NCBI GenBank assembly: GCA_030390025.1
Contig: CM059432.1
Span: 93,684,001-93,748,000, forward strand
Reading direction: 5' to 3'
Origin: Squalus acanthias
Taxonomy: Eukaryota
DNA length: 64,000 nt
Shown here: positions 37,126-49,700 of the stretch, piece after piece
How positions within the stretch are numbered: position 1 is the stretch's first letter
Layout: each line of letters starts with the position of its first letter
The notes under the pieces: generated by a model
The model's input: only the letters and a program-made list of their open reading frames with translations
Databases searched by the model: none
Told to the model about the DNA's origin: nothing
Program-made: the position numbers and the translations under genes

Positions 37126-37859
37126 AAAGTATTCATTAAGAACCATAGTACATCTTCCGCCTCAACACACAGGTGACCTTTTTGGTCTCTAATAGGCCCT
37201 ATACTTCCTTTAGTTATCCTCTTGCTCTTTATGTATTTATAAAACATCTTTGAGTTTTCCTTGATTTTACTTGCCAATATTTTTTCATGCCCTCTCTTTG
37301 CTTTCCTAATTTCCTTTTTAATTTCACCCCTTATTTAGCTCTCGGTATCTGACATAAACTTCCTTTTTTTTGCCTTATCCTACCCTGTATGCCCCTTGAC
37401 ATCCAGGGGGCTCTAGATTTGGGAGTCCCACCCTTTTTCTTTGTGGGAACGTATTTGCTTTGAACCCTCACTATCTCATCCTTAAATGCCTCCCACTGCT
37501 CTGACACTGATTTACCTGCAAGTAACTGTTTCCAGTCCACTTGTGCTAAATCTCATCTCAGCTTAGTAAAATTGGCCTTCCCCCAATAGAGAACTCTTAT
37601 TCCTGGTCTACCTTTGTATTTTTCCATAACTACGCTAAATCTAACTGAATTATGATCACTACCACCAAAATACTCTCCCACTGATACCCCTTCCACCTGC
37701 CCAGCTTCATTCCCTAAAACCAAGTCCAGAGCCGCCCCCTCTTGTTGGGCTTGCTATGTACTGGCTAAAAAAGTTCTCCTGATTGCATTTTAAGAATTTT
37801 GCATGGATTTTTCATTTAGCTTAGGTTCCTCAGCTGAATTCCTGATTGCAGGCAAAAGA

Positions 37860-39074
37860 CTGCCCACTGTTGCAGCTTCCCATTTTAGATGGGTGCATCA
37901 GAGAGCCTGGGGTCGTGCCTGCTCAAGAAGACCTTGCCCTGCGGCGAGCTAGCACCTGTGGCGTCCAATCGCCCTGCCCTAGCTCCTGTGCACTTGTGCC
38001 CGGTGAGACACCACTCCTCTAACCTAGCCTCTAAAATTTGTGTCGTGCCAGTATCTGAGCTAGTGATTGCGAGAGTCAAATCGAGTGATGGTGCATCTTC
38101 CTGAAGGCTCACCTCCTCTTCCTGCACTGGCACAGGGGCTTCCCCATTCTCAGAAGCTGAAATGAAGGAGAAGGATAAGGAATAAAAACAGAAAATGCTG
38201 GAGAGGGAGAAGGGTTAGCTTGTGATGTGAAGGAAGAACAGAGAGAGAGAAGTTGGTGGTGAAAGCATCTGCAGCTTGTCATGCAGAGTATGTGGGCTGA
38301 GAGAGAAGTCAGAAGGGACAAAGAGGATTAGGTATGAAAAAGCCCTGTGCCCCATCTCCTCCAACGGTGCCAGTCACCACGGCCTCGACTCTGCCCCTAC
38401 CTATGATAGCAAGCATGCATTCTTCAAGGGGGAGAGGGTGTGTAGACAGCTGTCTGGAGCTGTGTGCCACCTTCTCCTGCAAAAAAGAATGAAGAGTGTT
38501 CGGGAGAATTTTGGAGAATGTAGCTATCATGGAGGAATAGATGATAGTCAGTATGTGAGTTGAGTTGTGGGTAAGTGAGGGTTGTAGAATGTGAGTATGA
38601 GGACGGGGGATGTAGTGAAGTGTGGTGCAGTGATAGGTGATTGGATGTAATGCTCCTTGACATTCACGTGCTCTGTAATTTCTTCCCACTGATGGCAGAG
38701 TAGAGACCTGGAGGACTTCCTGGCTCCCGTGGGGGAAGAGCTGGTCCCTCTTCCAGTCCACTGCCTGCAGTAGAACCTCCGAAGCAGCATCAGAGAAGCT
38801 TGATGCCATCTCACTAGTTGCTGCAGCCATATCTTTACTCAGAACTGACTGCAGCCAGAATGCACCTCCCTTTAAGAGTTACTGGATGCTTTAAAGTGGC
38901 ATCAGAGATGCCCAATATCCAGCCTGCCCTACGGGCGTGCAGCCAATGAGTCACACTGGGTGCACATCTGCGTGATGATAATGATCAGGCAGCGTGGATA
39001 TTATGTGCTGCTTGAGTCACTTGCAACAGGCGTATAGCGTGCGCCCCAACCCCTGAGCGCCCGATTTCTAGGCC
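37860..39074 (-). mobile_element. One-ended Harbinger remnant with degraded Myb gene
   Basis: TIR GATTTCTAGGCC at 39063-39074; ATG 38830 MAAATSEMASSFSDAASEVLLQAV..LFP; exon-2-like EKVAHS after TTGCAG. Confidence 0.75.
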
Positions 39075-39168
39075 ATGGAATTTGCGTTCACCACTAGATC
39101 CAGTCATGCAAACACTTCCTTTTATTTGGCTGAGTCTGAGTGGAGGTAATTCATGCAAATGAAATAAT

Positions 39169-39911
39169 GGCCCAGAAATTGATCCCGCGACGCGAGAGTA
39201 CGCACTGCGTACTCTCGCGTATTCCCTCTGCAATTGCCGGTTTTCTGCATGCCCTGCGCATGCGCTGAAAACCGGCAATTGCTCTTTTGAAAAGGGGGCG
39301 GTTCCTCGGTGCATCGCGTGCGCGCTACAGGCTGCGCGCACGCTGTGCACTTCATGCTTTGGACGTGCAGGTAAGTACTGAAGATTTTAGAAATGTAAAA
39401 AGGAGGAGTAAGACCCACTTTTAACAAGGTAAGTAGTGAATTAAGTATTTTTTGAATTTTTTTTTACAGGTATATCTTTTTTAGAGACTTTAAAGACAGG
39501 TAAGTTTATTTTTATAACTTTTTAAAAGATTTTAAATTTTTTCAAAAATTTAATTTTTTATTTAAAATGGTTAATTTATTTAACTATACTTATTTTATTA
39601 ATGTGATGGTTTTTTAAAAAAATTTAATTGAGGTATAGCTGTTATTTTGGGGGGTTGTAAGATTCATAGATTTCACAGCCGTGCTGTGAAACTTATGAAT
39701 GGAAGATGGTGTGCTGCCATTGGCTCTAACTGAGTCACGTGATCCCACAGCTCGCACGAATTCACTACGCCGGTGGGATACGCAAGCACTGCCCGGCTGA
39801 TGTCTGGAACATCAAGTTCGTGCGAGCTGGATCTGAAAAAGCACAAGCGAGGTGAGAGATCGCGGGGAAGGCTTACCCCCGCGGGAACAGAGCGAGATCA
39901 ATTTCTGGGCC
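39169..39911. mobile_element. Structured Harbinger-type MITE, copy 2
   Basis: TIRs GGCCCAGAAATTGATC and GATCAATTTCTGGGCC; flanks AAT/ATT; collinear with 16562-17303. Confidence 0.92.
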
Positions 39912-40392
39912 ATTAATGTAAAGTCAATACGAAGCTTGCACCCTTTGGATGAGGTGGATAGCTTCTCATGATTCCCCATAGTCACACACTGCAATTGGAA
40001 GATGTCTTTCTCCAGTGGAAGCCAAATGCACAGCTATTGATGCATGAATAATATATCTTACCTCCTTGTGATTGTGTCATTTTAAAAAAAGTTCTGCACT
40101 ATACCAGTTTTACTTTTTAATTGCATAATTATTTTATAATCTCTGCATGTCATGGTTCAAGATTTGTGACTATTTGGCCTGGAAGGGATTTTTGGTTTAA
40201 GCTATAATATGTAAACCATAATACGTTTTTAATGTGAAGTCTGATTTAGGATTCTAAGGATTGATTCCCAAAGGAAATTGACAGAGAAAAAAGGCTGGAG
40301 AAATTGAGACAAAGCGGGATTAGGTATGTGAATGAACTCTCCCAAAAAGAGAGGGGCCAATCATTGAAGCTGTTACCCATATCAATTTGGGT

Positions 40393-43300
40393 CATAAGAA
40401 CACAATAACATAAGAAGTCGGAGCAGGAGTAGGCCACACGGCCCCTCAAGCCTGCTCTGCTATTCAATCAGATCATGGCTGATCTTCGATCTCACTTTCC
40501 CACCCAGTCCCCATATCCCTTGATTCCACTAGAGTCCAAAAATCAGCCTTGAATATACTCAATGATTCAGCATCCACAGCCCTTTGGGGTAGAGAATTCC
40601 AAAAATTCACAACCCTCTGAGTGAAGAAATTCCTCCTCATCTCAGTCTTAAATGGCCGACTCCTTATCCTGAGACTATGTCCTCTAGTTCTAGACTCTCC
40701 AGCCAGGGAAAACAACCTCTCAGCATCTACCCTGTCAATCCCCTCAGAATCTTATATGTTTCAATGAGATCTCCTCTCATTCTTCTAAACTCCAGAGAGT
40801 AAAGGCCCAATCTACTCAATCTTTCTTCAAAGGACAACCCTCTCATCCCAGGAATCAACCTTTGTTTCACCCCCTCGAAGGCAAGTATATCCTTCTTCAG
40901 ATAAGGAGACCAAAACTGTGCACAGTACTCCAGGTGTGGTCTCACCAAAGCCCTGTACAATTGTGGCAAGACTTCCTTACTCTTGTACTCCAACCCTCTA
41001 GGAATAAAGGTCAACATGCCATTTGGCTTCCTAATTGCTTGCTGTACCTGCATGCTAACTTTCTGTGTTCCTGTACAAGGACACCTAAATCTCTCTAAAC
41101 ACCAACATTTAATAGTTTCTCACCATTTAAAAAATATTTTGTTTCTCTATTCTTCCTACCAAAGTGAATAACCTCACATTTCCCCACATTATACTCCATC
41201 TGCCACCTTCTTGCCCACTCACTTAACCAGTCTATATCCCTTTGCAGGTTCTTTGTGTCCTCCTCACAACTTACTTTCCCACCTAGCTTTGTATCGCCAG
41301 CAAACTTGGATACATTACACTCGGTCCCTTCATCCAAGTTATTAATATAAATTGTAAATAGCTGAGGCCCAAGCACTGATCCTTGCGGCACCCCACTAGT
41401 TACAGGCTGCCAACCTGAAAATGACCCATTTATCCCTACTCTCTGTTTTCTGTCGATTAACCAATCCTCTATCCATGCTAATATATTACTCTCAACCCCA
41501 TGAGCCCTTATCTTGCGTAACAACCTTTTATGTGGCACCTTATCAAAAGCCTTTTGAAAATCCAAATATACTACATCCACTAGTTCCCTTTATCTACCCT
41601 GCTAGTTACATTCTCAAAAAACTAATAAATTTGTTAAACACGATTTCCCTTTCATAAAACCATGCCTAATCATATTATAATTTTCTAAGTGCCCTGTTAC
41701 CACTAATGATGGATTCCAGCATTTTCCCAATGACTGATATCAGGCTAACTAACCTATAGTTCCCTGTTTTCTCTCTTCCCTCCTTTCTTGAATAGCGGGG
41801 TTACATTTGCTACCTTCTAATCCACTGGAACCTTTCCAGAATCTAGGGAATTTTGGAAGACCACAAGCAATGCATCCACTACCTCTGCAGCCATCTCTTT
41901 TAGAACCCCAGGATGTAGGCCATCAGGTCCAGGGGATTTGTTGGCTTTTAGTCCCATTAGTTTCTCAAGAACTTTTTCCCGACTGATCATAATTACTTTT
42001 AGTTCCTCAATCTCATTAGCCCCTTGATCCCCACTATTTTTGGTATGCTTTTTATGTCTTCTACTATGAAACCAGATACAAAATATTTGTTTAAAGTCTC
42101 TGCCATTTCCTTATTCTCTATTAGAATTTCTCCTGTCTCAGCTTCTAAGGGACCAATGCTTACTTTTGCTACTCTCTTACTTTTTACATACTTGTAGAAG
42201 CTCTTACAATCTGTTTTTATATTTCTTGCTAGTTTACTCTCATTTTATTTTCTCCCTTTTTATCAATTTTTTGGTCAGCCTTTGCTGGCTTCTAAAGCTC
42301 TCCCAATCCTCAGGCTTACTACTATTCTTCACAACATTATAAGCCTTTTCTTTTAATCTAATCATAGAATCATAGAAGATAGGAGCAGGAGTAGGCCATT
42401 CGGCCCCTCGAGCCTGCTCTGCCATTCAATGAGATCATGGCTGATCATCCAAATTCAGTACCCTGTCCCTGCCTTCTCCCCATATCCCTTGATCCCTTTA
42501 GCCTTAAGAAATACAGTATAGCTAACTCCTTCTTGAATATATTGAATGAGTTGGCCTCAACTGCCTTCTGTGGTAGAGAATTCCACAGGTTCACCACTCT
42601 TTGGGTGAAGAAATTCCTCCTCATCTCTGTCCTAAATGGCTTACCCCTTATCCTTAGACTGTGACCCCTGGTTCTGGACTCCCCGGCCATCGGGAACATC
42701 CTTCCTGCATCTAGTCTGTCTAGTCCTGTTAGAATTTTATAAGTTTCAATGAGATCCCCTCTCATTCTTCTAAACTCCAGCGAGTATAAGCCTAATCGAC
42801 CCAATCTCTCCTCATACGTCATTCCTGCCATCCCAGGTATCAGTCTGGTGAATCTTCGCTGCACTCCCTCCATGGCAAGAACATCCTTCCTCAGATAAGG
42901 CGACCAAAACTGCACACAATACTCAAGATGTGGTCTCACCAAGGCCCTGTACAACTGCAGCAAGACATCCTTGTTCCTGTACTCGAACCCTCTCGCTACG
43001 AAGGCCAACATACCATTTGCCTTCTTAACCGCCTGCTGCACCTGCATGCTTACCTTCAGCGACGGGTGCACACGGACACCCAGATCTTGTTGCACTTCCC
43101 CTTCTCCCAATCTATTGCCATTCAGATAATAATCTGCCTTCCTGTTTTTGCCACCAAAGTGGATAACCTCGCATTTATCCACATTGTACTGCATTTGCCA
43201 TGCATCTGCCCAATCACCCAACCTATCCAAATCATACTGGAGTTTCTTGGCATCCTCCTCACAGCACACATGCCCACCCAGCTTTGTGTCATCTGCAAAC

Positions 43301-44281
43301 TTGGAGATATTACATCTAGTTCCCTCGTCTAGATCATTAATATGTATTGTGAATAGCTGGGGTCCTAGACCGATCCCTGCGGTACCCCACTAGTCACTGC
43401 TTGCCACTCGGAAAAAGACCCGTTTATTCCAACTCTTTGCTTCCTGTCTGCCAACCAGTTCTCTATCCAAGTCAGTACCTTGCCCCCAATCCCATGTGCC
43501 TTAACTTTACACGCTAATCTCTTATGCGGGACCTTATCGAAAGCCTTCTGAAAGTCCAAATACACCACATCCACTGGTTCTCCCTTATCTATTTTACCAG
43601 TTACATCCTCAAAAAATTCCAGTAGATTAGTCAAGCACGATTTACCTTTTGTAAATCCATGTTGACTTTGACCGATCCTGTCACTGTTTTCCAAGTGCTC
43701 TGCTATTACATCTTTTATAATGGACTCTAGCATTTTCCCCACTACCGATGTCAGGCTTACCGGTCTATAATTCCCCGTTTTCTCTCTACCACCTTTTTTG
43801 AATAGTGGGGTAACATTAGCTACCCTCCAATCCATGGGAACTGTTCCAGAGTCTATAGAATTTTGGAAGATGACCAGTAATGCATCTACTATTTCTAGGG
43901 CCACTTCCTTAAGTACCCTAGGATGTAGATTATCAGGCCCTGGGGATTTATCGGCCTTCAATCCCGTCAATTTCCCTAACACCATTTCCCTACAAATACT
44001 GATTTCTTTCAGTTCCTCCCTCTCATTACTATCCTTAACTACTAATACTATCCTTAACTTCTTTAGTTAGCCAAGGAGGAATCACTTTTCCCGTGGAGTT
44101 TGTATTTCTCAATGGAATGTATATTCGTTGAGAATTTTGGAATATTTCTTTAAATATTTGCCACTGCTTATCTACCGTCATACCTTTTAATCTAATTTCC
44201 CAATCTACCTGAGCCAACTCACCCCTCATACCTATGTAATTGGCTTTATTTAAGTTTAAGGCTCTAGTTTCCATCGGGTCA
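40393..44281 (-). mobile_element. Host CR1 LINE, degenerate, 5'-truncated
   Basis: CR1 ORF2 peptides on both sides of the nested copy; tail at ~40393. Confidence 0.9.
42363..44028 (-). mobile_element. Nested CR1 LINE
   Basis: RT ORFs 43985-43365 and 43269-42445; very similar to the 11610-14281 subfamily; CTAAT TSD. Confidence 0.92.
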
Positions 44282-44517
44282 ATAGTGAGATCTTTAACAA
44301 ATCCAATAGTTCCACTAAACATACACACATGGCATGTTGCGATGGCTGCATTAATGTGAGCCCAGCACGGTTGGCTGACACAAACCTACTCCAAAAAATT
44401 AGGCAGCTCAACTGGCTAATCCCAAGCAAGGAGAGATGAGGGAGGGTCAGAAGTTAAGCTATTGGCTTCTTGCCCAGCTAAGAAAAATGAAAAACTTGCT
44501 CTAAAGATGGAGACTGA

Positions 44518-45938
44518 GGGCGCGATTTTCCCAATGGAGGCGGGTTGGATGCGGGTTTTGGTTTGGGTAGGTTCCAAACCCGCCTCCACTGAGAGGTGAG
44601 AAAAATTTGCAATTTTCCCCTAATTAGCCAGTTGACTTCAGAGGTGTGGGTTCCCCTGGGCCAATTAGTGTTTTGGGACTGAAACTCTCCTCTGCTGACG
44701 TCACTTATCCAGCTTCATTTAAGGGCTGTTTGCTGCCTTGGCTCATTCCACTGTTTTTTGGTCGATGCTGCACCACCTCCAAGCTGTTATTTCATTGCAG
44801 AATGGCCAGCTCCAAGGCAAGGACCTCCCCGAGGTTCTCGGATGAGGCGCTGGGTATGCTGGTTGAGGGAGCGAGAGCCAGCAGGGAGGTGCTCTTCCCC
44901 TCATCTGGGAGGAAGAGGCCTCCCAAAAAAACCAAGACTGTGTGGGTCCAGCTGGCAAGGGATATAACCTCCAGATCTGTGTACAGATTGGGTGATTGTT
45001 TTTGTTTATTGATGAAATGCCATCCCTGTGGGAATGTATTAAAATTAGGTGATGGCAAACTGTTGGTGTGATGGCATCTGTTATTTCAGCTTAGGCAGCT
45101 CCACATTGCGGGCTCCGCGACACTTGCATGGTCAGGTTGGTGGTCAGAGTGAAAGGCGGCCAAAGAGTCATGTCCATTGTTTATCATGTGTTGAGAAGGA
45201 GCCAAGCACATGTGCCACAATGGGCAACCTATGTAAATCTGGCCAGGATGAGTGCATTCCTTGCACGACGTGCTTCCATGCACTGGCGCCTTCTGCCCTG
45301 TGCAGCATCAGGTGGGTGAGCAGGAGGTTGGGGCTCCTGCTGCTGTCCTGCCTGGTTCTGCTGCTGCCGTGGCTGCTCCTCATCCGAATCTGAGATCCAT
45401 GGTGAAAGGAAATAAATGGTTCCCATGCTGCTGACAGATACCTCCATTGGGGAAGCGCTCAGTCCAAGCGGGGAGAGGGTCTTCCAAGGAGGTCCCACAG
45501 TTGAGAGATAGAAGCTGCAGCACCTCCGACTTTGGTAGGCCTGCTAAAAGTGCTGAAAGACCTTTGGAAAGTTCTGCCATCTGCAACTGCTCCCTGATGA
45601 AAGCTCCGTTTTAATGGTGGAGCTGCAGCTGTGAGGAGGCCACCCACTTGTCAACCCACCAGGATCAGCTGGCGTGGTTTAGGAGGGTCGTGGAACACGC
45701 TGAAAATGTGGCAAAATAACAAAGACCTGTCAAAATAGGATTGTAGAGGAACTTAACTACTATTTAAGGGTCTTAACTAACTCTGCCGACTGATGGAGGT
45801 GGGACCGAATCGCGCCCATCAAACCCGCCTCCGGCAAAATTGCGCGGAGGCGGGTTCGGAACCCGCCCTCAGTTTTTGCCATTTTACCAACTGTCTCGCC
45901 TCCAAACCCCGCCTCCTCGGGGCTGGGAAAATTGCCCC
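44518..45938. mobile_element. Internally deleted Harbinger element
   Basis: TIRs GGCGCGATTTTCCCA and TGGGAAAATTGCCCC; Myb N-terminus from ATG 44802 (PRFSDEALGMLV..REVLFP..W); Q/R-rich transposase-like N-terminus on the minus strand near 45400. Confidence 0.85.
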
Positions 45939-46776
45939 GAGAGCTGATAAGTTGGTCAAACCCAGAAAGAGAGAAAGCTCTCTCTGCAAGCATTGTGAAC
46001 TAGATTCAGGGAGAATGCTAGTCTGAAAAGTGTATTTAGCGCAATGGTAAGGGTAGTGTGGTGTGCTTTGTTATTTTCTGTTATGAGAAACATTACAAAA
46101 TAAGTAGAAATTCACTATAGTTAATCTGTTATTTTACATATTATATAAAAATAAATTAGCTTATTGATTGGACTTGTCTCACTAAAGTGTTCATCAATCC
46201 ATATTTCAGAAGAGAGGAGAAATGCACATGGGGAACTGCAAAATGCAAGTACCCAATTGCAAGAACATTGGGTTTTGGTAATCTGACAAATATATGTCAA
46301 GACACCAGACAAATCCTTAACCCTCTCACTTAAATCCTCAATAAGGAACTATCTGGGGCTTTCCCCCCGTCACACCACCATGTCTCCCCCCACCTCCCCA
46401 TAGTTATATATAGTTGTATACAGGGTCACCTAGCAGTTTGAACAATAAATAATTAATAGTTACTTTACAAAATTAATAAGAGGTTCGAGAGGCAAATCAG
46501 TGTATCAGTACATTAACGGAATCACTGACTATTAGACTATAAATGAGCTCAGTGTCTGAGACTGTTATAAATTGGTGAGATTAAATTAGGATTAACTCCT
46601 GAGATAGTTGACAGATTAACAGCATTAGATAGCCAGTCTATTGATTAGATTAGAGTTTATGTGCTGGTGGTTGGAAATGTTTCCACATTTTATATGATCT
46701 CATCCTCATGAACAGTGTGATTGAGTTAATCTTCCTCTCCTGGGATGGTGGTGTTAGGTTCCAGAGTGTTGAGTTA

Positions 46777-49700
46777 GAAACATAGAAAAATAGGAGCAGG
46801 AGTAGGCCATTCGGCCCTTCGAGCCTGCTCCACCATTCAATATGATCATGGTTGATCCTTTATCTCAATACCATATTCCCGTTCTCTCCCCATACCCCTT
46901 GATGCCTTTTGTTTCTAGAAATCTATCTATCTCCTTCTTAAATATATTCAGTGACTTGGCCTCCACAGCCTTCTGTGGTAGAGAATTCCACAGGTTCATC
47001 ACCCTCTGAGTGAAGAAATTTCTCCTCATCTCAGTCCTAAATGTCCTACCCCGTATCCTGAGACTGTGACCCCTCGTACTAGACCCCCTAGCCAGGGGAA
47101 ACATCCTCCTTGCATCCAGTCTGTCTAGCCCGGTCAGAATTTTATACGTTTCAATGAGATCCCCTCTCATTCTTCTAAACTCTAGTGAATACAGGCCTAG
47201 TCGACCCAATCTCTCCTCATACGACAGTCCTGCCATCCCAGGAATCAGTCTGGTGAACCTTCGCTGCACTCCCTCTATGGCAAGTATATCGTTTCTTAGG
47301 TAAGGAGACCAAAACTGCACACAGTACTCCAGCTGTGGTCTCACCAATGCCCTGTATAACTGTAGTAAGACATCCTTGCTCCTGTACTCAAATCCTCTTG
47401 CAATGAAGGCCAACATACCATTTGCCTTCCTAACTGATTGCTGCACCTGCATGTTTGCTTTCAGTGACTGGTGTACAAGGACACCCAGGTCCCTTTGTAC
47501 ATCAACATTTCCCAATCTATCACCATTTAAATATTACTCTGTCTTTCTGTTTTCCCTACCAAAGTGGATAACTTCACATTTATCCACGTTATACTGCATC
47601 TGCCATGTATTTGCCCACTCACTCAACTTGTCTAAATCGCCTTGAAGCCTCTTTGCATCCTTCTCACAACCCCTCCTAGTTTCGTGTCGTCAGCAAACTT
47701 GGAAATATTACATTTGGTTCCCTCATCCAAATCATTGATATATATTGTGAATAGCTGGGGCCCAAGCACTGATCCCTGCGGTACCCCACTAGTCATCGCC
47801 TGCCACCCCGAAAAAGACCCATTTATTCCTATTCTCTGTTTCCTGTCTGTTAACCAATTTCCAATCCATGCCAATATATTACCCCTAATCCCATGTGCTT
47901 TAATTTTGCACACTAACCTCTTATGTGGGTCTTTATCAAAGGCCTTCTGAAAATCCAAATACACCACATCCACTGGTTCTCCCTTATCTATTCTACCAGT
48001 TACATCCTCAAAAAACTCCAGTAGTTTTGTCAAACACGATTTCCCTTTCATAAATCCATGTTGACTTTGTCTAATCCCGTTGATATTTTCTAAGTGTCCT
48101 GTTATCACATCCTTTATAATAGACTCTAGCATTTTCCCTACTACTGATGTTCCCTGTTTTCTCTCTCCCTCCTTTTTTAAATAGTGGGGTTACATTTGCC
48201 ACCCTCCAATCTGCAGGAACTGTTCCATAATCTATAGAATTTTGGAAGATGACAACCAATGCATCCACTATTTCCATGGCTACCTCTTTTAGTACTCTGG
48301 GATGCAGATTATCAGGCCCTGGGGATTTATCGGCTTTCTGTCCCATTAATTTCTCCAGCACTATTTTTTTACTAATACATATTTCCTTTAATTCCTCCTT
48401 CTCACTGGACCCTTGGTTCCCTAGCATTTCTGGGAAGTTATTTGTGTCCTCTTCCCTGAAGACAGAACCAAAGTATTTGTTTAATTGCTGAGCCATTTCC
48501 TTGTTCCCCATTATAAATTCTCCCATTTCTGACTGTAAGGAACCTACATTTGTTTTCACTAATATTTTTCCTTTGACATACTTGTAGAAGCTTTTACAAT
48601 CCGCTTTTATGTTCCTTGCAAGTTTACTCTCATAGTCTATTTTTCCCCTCTTAATCAATCTCTTGGTCCTTTTTTGCTGAATCCTCAGGCTTGCTACTTT
48701 TTCTGGCAACTTTATAGGACTCCTCTTTGGATCTAATACTATCCTTAATTTCTTTTGTTAGCCATGGTTGGGCCACTTTTCCTTTTGTGTTTTTGCGCCA
48801 GAAAGGAATGTATAACTGTTGCAATTCATGCAGTCGTTCCTTAAATGTTAGCCATTGCCTATCCACCATCATGCCTTTTAATGAAGCTCCCCAATCTATC
48901 ATCGCCAACTCACTCCTCATACCTTCGTAGTTTCCTTTGTTTAGATTTAGGACCCTAGTTTCGGATTGGACTTCTTCACTTTCCATCTTAATGAAGAATT
49001 CTATCATGTTATGGTCACTCTTCCCTAAAGGACCCCGCACAACAAGATTATTAATTAACCCCTTCTCATTGCACAATACCCAATCTAGGATAGCCTGTTC
49101 CCTAGTTGGCTCCTCAACGTACTGGTCTAAAAAACTCATCTCGTACACATTCCAGGAATTCATCCTCCACAGTATTATTGCTAATTTGGTTTGGCCAGTC
49201 TATATGTAGATTAAAGTCACCCATGATTACTGTAGTACCCTTGTTACATGCATCTCTCATTTCCTGTTTGATGCCATCCCCCACATTACCACTACTCTTT
49301 GGAGGCCTATAGACAACTCCCACCAATGTTTTCTGCCCCTTGGTGCTTCTTAGTTCCACCCAGACTGATTCTACATCTTTATTTTCTGAGCCAATATCCT
49401 TTCTCACTAGTGCTCTGATTTCATCCATTACTAACAACGCCACCCCACCTCCTTTTCCTTTTTGCCTGTCCTTCCTAAATATCGAATATCCTTGGATATT
49501 CAGCTCCCAGCCTTGTGCAGTTGATGTAGTCTACATGGACTTCAGTAAGGCTTTTGACAAAGTCCCGCATGGGAGACTGGTCAAGAAGGTAAGAGCCCAT
49601 GGGATCCAGGGCAATTTGGCACATTGGATCCAAAATTGGCTTAGTGGCAGGAGGCAGAGGGTGATGGTCGAAGGTTGTTTTTGTGACTGGAAGCCTGTGT

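Larger units (their letters stand above)
32061..37803 (-). mobile_element. Host CR1 LINE carrying one nested CR1 and two MITEs
   Basis: After removing the three inserts and their TSDs the ORF2 frame reads LNEYFVSVFTKERDNAVIVFKEECEILDEINRVREEILRGLASLKVD; tail at 32061. Confidence 0.92.

Noticed and set aside
40062..40080. ATG micro-exon with GTAAG donor on the minus strand
   Set aside because: Too short to support.
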